64,000 bases of DNA from Macrostomum lignano (Eukaryota): contig NIVC01001593.1 in NCBI GenBank assembly GCA_002269645.1, forward strand, positions 199,859 through 263,858, written 5' to 3'. The notes below the pieces were generated by a model. It was not told the DNA's origin. It ran no database searches and was given only the letters and a program-made list of their open reading frames with translations. Shown piece by piece: positions 58,102 through 64,000 of this stretch; the first letter of the stretch is position 1; each line of letters begins with the position of its first letter. The position numbers were made by a program, and so were the translations under genes.

Positions 58102-61100
58102 ATGGGCAACGACAAAAACAGCATCAAGGACAACACTAGCATTAACAAGGATACAAGTGCTTCTTCTGTTGCTGCCAATAGTAAGTTTTGTACATTTGTT
58201 GCAACTTGCAGGTGATAGGTGCTACTTTCAGGAATAGTTTCAAAGCAATCCTACCTTTATTATTAATATTCACACCTTAGGAAACCAGCTTTTACTAGCA
58301 TTCTTGGCTGCCCATTTGGGCAACAGACAAACTAAAAAGTTCCTGCACTACACAATTTATTTACCAAACAATAAATCTCAATTGTTCACACTATAACTCA
58401 CACTGAATAGTTCACAGGTAATTCTGTAAAAAAGTGTTTTTCAGATGTCTAAAAATGTGAATTTTTCAAACTCTTAACTGACGCAGCTCAAATCAATAGT
58501 TCACACTCAATAGTTTAGATTGAATAGTTTCGCCTGAATAGTTTTGACAGACAGAATAATTTCAACTGAATAGTTACAACTGAATAGTTTAGACTTAATA
58601 ATCTTGACTGAGTAGTTTTGACTGAATAGTGTGAACTCAATAGTTTCGACTGAGTAGTTTCGACTGAATAGTTTCGACAAAGGGAATAAATTCAATTGGA
58701 ATCTGACCTTGTTTGACAGATCATTAAAATAATTATAGAAACTCTATTTTCGAATGTTTAACACCCTTAGAATTTGAGCAGATTTAAGAAATTTTGACCA
58801 CTGTATAATCAGTGCAAAATCTGCAATAGTTTAGAAAAAACGCTATCAAAATTGATCAAGAATGGCACGCTCTAGAGCGAAATAGATGGACAGACATATA
58901 TATATATATATATATAGGTAGATTTATAAATTTCTTTTTTACTGTGACTTTAAACAGGTGCGAAAAAGTGCGGACGGCCGAAGAAGAAAAACTGGAGCCG
59001 CTCCAAGAATAATATTAAAGTTGCTGCTGTCGGTGATTTAACTGCTGGCGAAGAACAGATTCAAGAGCCAGATGTACAACCGGAAGCTGCTGCTGCCTCT
59101 TCTATTGCCGCTGCTGGGACTAAAGCTGGTGCTTCTGCTGATGCTGCTGCTAAAACTGAGTCTGTGATTAAGCTGGACGAGGCTGGTCTGGCTGCCCTGC
59201 TAGCTGAACATGATGCTGCTCTGGCCGACGCTCTGGCTGCTTCGGAATACCCCGTGGTCGAAGGTGATGCTGAAGTGCCCAATTCTGGTGCTGCTTACAA
59301 TGAGCAACTTATAGGCTACTTGAGTGCTGGTGAGAGTTTTATTTTTTATTGAATTTCTATGCATAGTACAAGTTAATTTTCTTTCTTACATCTGACTTTG
59401 CTTGCGAATATTGAAAATTAGATTTTAGTGTTTACGACTTGTGCAAAATACAATTAATGCTCAATTCCTTAAAATTATCATACCTCACTGTTTAAGAGTT
59501 GTATTCTTTTACAGATGAAACAGGTGCTACTGCAATGGATTTTGCCGAAGGTCATGTAACTGCTGCTGTACAAGTCCAACCTGTATGGGTTCCTTTTTCT
59601 TCGTGTCGCGTTGAGAATGTACGAGGTGACGGCAACTGTTTTTTCACGGCCATATTGAGACAATTACAAGAACTGCCAGGTTTTTCCGCCTATCAATCGC
59701 TAAGCGTAGAAGATTTTCGAGATGCGGTTGCTGCAGAATTCGAGCAATGGGTGCATCGCGATGTCAATAATCAGGAAAGAATTATGCAAACAGGACTGAA
59801 TTGGGAAAAAGTGCGCGACGATACAAGGCGTCCCCGTATGTACGTGCCATGCGGAGTTCCAGAACTAATTGGTGAACTGTTGCGGCTAGAAGTGTTTATT
59901 TATCAGTCAAACATGCTTAATCTAGCGCGGCCTGGCCATTATTCCCGACCGAATATTGGAGAACGTTTGGCTACTATTCGATTGTTGTTTAATCCTGGTA
60001 GTCAACACTACGAAATCGTTCGTGTCAATGATTTGGAAGTTAATGAAGCAAGCTCAGTTCGGCCGACTGGCCAAGGAGATTTGAGCGCCAAGAATGTGGA
60101 AATGCCCCCTCTCAACGAGAATGTTCATGTTGTCGAAGATCCTGTTGTAATGATGCCACCTCCAGCTCCACCAATGACGCCTTTTGAAAAGGTTGCAGAC
60201 TGGACCCGAGTTCAAAGTAGGCATTGGAAGGGACGTTGTAGAAATCAAGCAAAGTCCTTGGAAAATAATACGAGTTTGTTTGCGCATCCGAATTCATATG
60301 AAGTGCTTCGGGATCGGAACAACTCTGTCTGGAATTGGAATGTCGATCTTGACGCGGAGGATAGCGCAGAGTCAGTTGAAATTGAGCATGTGTCAGAGTC
60401 AGTTAAAAGTGATCGTGTGTCAGAGTCCGTGCCATCAAATGTTCCGCGGCGCAGTCGGCGTAAAAAGGATGTTGGGAAGGCAAGTTGCGCTACGCGTCGG
60501 AGTAGTCGACTGAGCGCTAAAGCAAACACATTAGAGTCTGTGTCTGTTGCAGCCTCTAGTGTATCTGGTCAGAGCTTATTGAGAAGAAGCAGTCGCACTC
60601 GGAGAGCACCATGTTGCAGTTGCATCGGTTGTGGCGACTCAGTTTCGGCGGTTTCAAGCGTTTCTTGCCATTTGGAAAAAGGAAGAGGTCGAGAAAAGAA
60701 GAGCGACGTTGTACCAAGTGCTCCTACTCGTCGCAGCGAGCGTTTGAAAAACCAGCAGCAAGTGGTCAACTATGCAAATTCTTTACCACGGAAACAGAGA
60801 TTGACAAACGCAGAAAATCATATCTGCGAACCCGTTCGATCGTCGCCTAGGAAGACGGCACCTTTGCAGCAGGAGCAGCAAGATAAACGTCAGTCTGATA
60901 ATATTCCAGCTACTTCTACGTATTCATCACCACGAAAGACACGTGCTACTCAGGAGAAGCCTGATGAAGCGATCCGTTCGTCACCCAGAAAGCGGCCTAC
61001 AATGGAGCAGCAGCCAGCTAAAGAAAATGTTCCGCAGAGCAGCACTTCAGAAGAGAGCGCTCAAGATGCTCCAATTGTTGAAGATGAAATCGGAGATCCT

Positions 61101-64000
61101 AATCTGCCAAAGTGCCTTCGCAATCCGTTCACAGACCAGTTCAAAAAGATGAGGCAAGACTTTTTCAATGAAAACATAACAAAAGTATCACATTTGAAAC
61201 AGTGCTACGTGTGTAGGGAAAAGTTTCCTGGAAAATATTTTAGCATCGATTCTGAAGACATGTGCGATCGTTGTTTCAGAGATGACAATGAGCCGAAATC
61301 GTTTAGCCAAGAAAACAATGCGATTCCGATGTTGGAGCAGCCAGAAGATTTGCAAGATTTGAGTGTAGCAGAGCAAATGTTGATTTCGCCAGTTTTGTCG
61401 GTTATTGTTGTGGTACAAATTTTTCCCCAAAAGCAAACAAAATCGAGAGGACACGGAATCATGTTGCCTCAAGATCAGTCGCACGTTTTGCGAGAGCTGC
61501 CAAGACGATCTCTGCCAGTTGTTTTAATGTACGACGAAAGAGCCCGTGTTCAGCCTGGAGAAGCGCAAAGCGGCACAATGAACAATTTGCGAGTTCGACG
61601 CGACAAAGTGACTAATGCGATGCGCTATTTAATGGCAAACAACAAGTACTTTAGACAGTATCAGGTTTCAATGAATAATGATGCGTTGCTACATCTGCCT
61701 GAAGATGGTTATGCTCATCAAGTAGAAGGTATGATTGTCGAAATGCAGTCTGACAATGAAGTGAATTTCGAGGCGGCACAGCAAGAAGGCGGCTCAGCCA
61801 GAGCTGAGCGATTGCAGCAACAAGTAGAAAAAAATGCGGACGAGACGAACGAGCTCGAGGAAACAATTAGTTCGCTGTTGGAGACTCCTTTGCGTCGATT
61901 GGAATCGGCAGTACGAGACAAATTTTTGAGTGAAAAATTGAAATGGCCAGCAAGAAGCAACGAGCCGGTAAACGAATTTCAGGATGAAGGATATTTTACA
62001 TTGGCTTATCCTCATCTCTTTCCGGATGGAGCAGGAGATTATAGTACGCCACGTAATTTTGGACTAAGTTTGGGCGACTATGCAAAGCATTTGATGCAAT
62101 TCCGGTGTCCAAGATTTCGTACCGATTTGCGGTTTAAATTTTACATTGAAAATATGGTGATGCGTTGGAGGGCGCTGGAAGTTGGTCGCGTGTTTGTACA
62201 CGACAACAAGTATGCTGGATTAAGTGCCAAGGAAATGATTGAAGCACTAAATGACCCGGCAGTATTGGCTAGCGTGTCAGTTCGAGCATCAGATTTGCGA
62301 GGCACAAGCGCTTATTGGCAGAGTAAAGGACGGCAATTGGAAGCCATGATTCGAACGCTTGGTGTTCCTCATTTTTTCGTGACACTATCGGCAGCAGATG
62401 TACATTGGCCAGAGTTGCAGCATGCCTGGGGAATCGATGCAGAGCAATATGAAAGCAATGTAGAACTAAGAGCAGAAATGTTGTCAAAGTTGCAAAAAGA
62501 TCCCGGAATGGCAGACACTGTGTTTTGGTTGCGATTTGAAACATGTTTGAAACGTTTTTTGGTCGAGCACTGGAAAGTAAACGATTATTGGTTTCGCATA
62601 GAATATCAGAGTCGCGGAAGTCCACACGTTCACGGTTGCATTTGGATGCCAGATGGTGTTGATGTGACATCGAATACATTGAATGCAGAAGAATTGACGA
62701 GCTTTGTTGACAAGTACATCTGTAGTTGGAATTTGGCCATGGACGAATCGGATTATGGAAATCAAGTTTTGAATGGCAGTTTAGCAGGTCAAGGTCATCC
62801 AGCTCAACTGAAACCGGAAGAGATTGAAAATGACAAGCAAGATTTGCAGTTAATTTCGCATTTGACAGAGAGGCACACTATTTGCAGTAAAAAGTGCTTG
62901 CGAACAGTAAAAGGCAAACAAGAGTGCCGATTCAAGTATCCGCGCGAGCCGCAGGAAAAGACTGTTGCAAAGCGAGTATCCCGTTTAAATTGGCAAGTTG
63001 AGACGCAGCGCAACGACGAGCGAATGATTTCTCACAGTCCGCAGTTGCTGTGCATGTGGAGAGCCAATGTCGATGTTCAAATGATTTCGTCCGTGAAGAA
63101 TTTGATTCGCTATTTGATCAAGTATGCGACAAAAAGCGAAAAGGAGTCGGATTATATGGCGGAGCTGACAAAGCGTCTTCATAAGGAGTTGGAAGATAAT
63201 GCAGAACAGAATGCCGATAACAATTTTCAGCGTAGCAACACTGCAAGGCGTGTTGTACAACAACACTTGATGGCGCAAGTTGGAGCGCGTGATTATTCGG
63301 CGCAAGAGGCAATGCATTTGCTATTGCAGACGTCAATGTACAAGGGTTCGCGAGAATTTGTTTTTGTTCAGACTGGCGAAACCCGCGCAGTGGAGGAAAA
63401 GGGTGTTTGCAGGAATAGTTGCGACAAGTATTCAAAGCGTGCAAAGAATTTGGAAAATGTAACAATGTTTCGTTTCTTTTCCGACTACTGTCTCAGCCCT
63501 AATGGGAGGTGCACAAAAAGGCCGAAACAAGTAGTTTTGCTAATCAGTCCATTTTTTCGACCGAATGAGCAATCAGACGAAAGACGCGAAGGCTATTATC
63601 GGCAGCAGGTTTTGTTGTACAGTTGTTGGCGAAATGAGCGAGAAGCCAAAGGTTTGCACACAAGCTGGCAGCAAGCGTACGAAGCCATGCCTGCTGAGAA
63701 TCGATGCGAGCTGCAGCTGCCCAATTTGGACGATTTGCGCAACGACGAAGCTGACGAAGAAGTCGAAGCAGTTGCGGAGCTACCCGAAATGACCAACGCA
63801 AATGCGCAATCTGCTGCTCAGCCAACTTATGAGCACGAAGAGCAAGAAGATTGGATGGTTGCAGTGGGGGCACTTCATCGCGAGAGAAATCTATTGGCCT
63901 GTCCAGAAGATCAATTGCCAAAGCCGCCAGAAAATTTTGACTGGAGCGCAGCTAGTGCGGCCAGTTTCCAACGGTTGGAGAAGCAAAGGCCGTTTTTTAA
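58102..64000 (+). CDS. Helitron RepHel protein (AT-hook, OTU cysteine protease, C4 Zn finger/DUF6570-like region, HUH Rep); more than 1640 aa, helicase expected beyond the window
   Basis: Exons 58102-58180, 58958-59329, 59515->64000 (both introns phase 1, GT-AG); frame stays open to the window end. KKCGRPKKK; OTU VRGDGNCFFTAI...SQHYEIV; CYVC..CDRC..FSQENN; LAYPHLFPDG; Rep motifs FFVTLSAAD, IEYQSRGSPHVHGCIW, RYLIKYATKSE. Missing from the ORF track because it has no stop in the window. Confidence 0.95.
58495..58680. repeat. Degenerate ~13-bp repeat in RepHel intron 1
   Basis: Recurring ACTGAATAGTTT variants. Confidence 0.75.

Larger units (their letters stand above)
54430..64000 (+). mobile_element. 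Helitron2/Helentron-type rolling-circle transposon (left boundary tentative, right end outside window)
   Basis: Open RepHel gene from 58102. Upstream are a T-run plus hairpin at ~54430-54530, a 527-bp tandem duplication, and a ~75-bp segment shared between 54884-54960 and RepHel intron 1 (58416-58490). Confidence 0.55.

Noticed and set aside
54077-58770. piggyBac element starting TTAA|CTCTTTCG
   Set aside because: No matching inverted terminus followed by TTAA was found.
60054-63921. Many minus-strand and off-frame ORFs in the track
   Set aside because: Shadows of the long plus-strand RepHel frame. The same applies to shadow ORFs over the ENaC, methyltransferase and FG-GAP exons.

Overview
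Eukaryotic (invertebrate) genomic DNA. Spliceosomal introns packed with 18-45 bp minisatellites, a DEG/ENaC gene, a Meta-type SINE and a Helentron make it resemble the flatworm Macrostomum (inference, not confirmed). Three of the four host genes and both transposon genes had to be rebuilt by hand (splicing or frameshifts) from pieces of the ORF track. Host genes, all on the minus strand: an intronless DEG/ENaC channel with two 1-bp deletions (173-2171); an intronless orphan class I SAM methyltransferase with a 12x11-aa tail (6596-7792); a 9-exon, 643-aa IRBIT/AHCYL pseudo-enzyme (16402-23528) with a GC-AG intron and an intronic tRNA-Arg(TCT); and a FAM234/FG-GAP-repeat membrane protein of at least 9 exons (42278-52771) whose long introns are almost entirely splice-site-anchored minisatellites. 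Mobile DNA: a mariner-type MITE, a 748-bp non-coding retro-insertion with a 20-bp TSD, two SINE copies, and an open Helentron-type RepHel gene (AT-hook + OTU protease + Rep) running off the right end. The most striking feature is a young 5168-bp foldback element (35141-40308, 9-bp TSD). Its inverted arms are built from a 167-bp satellite, and it has no transposase but carries a 5-exon Ulp1/C48 SUMO-protease + PHD-finger gene. Old AT-rich blocks show strong CpG depletion. No CRISPR array and no prokaryotic system.
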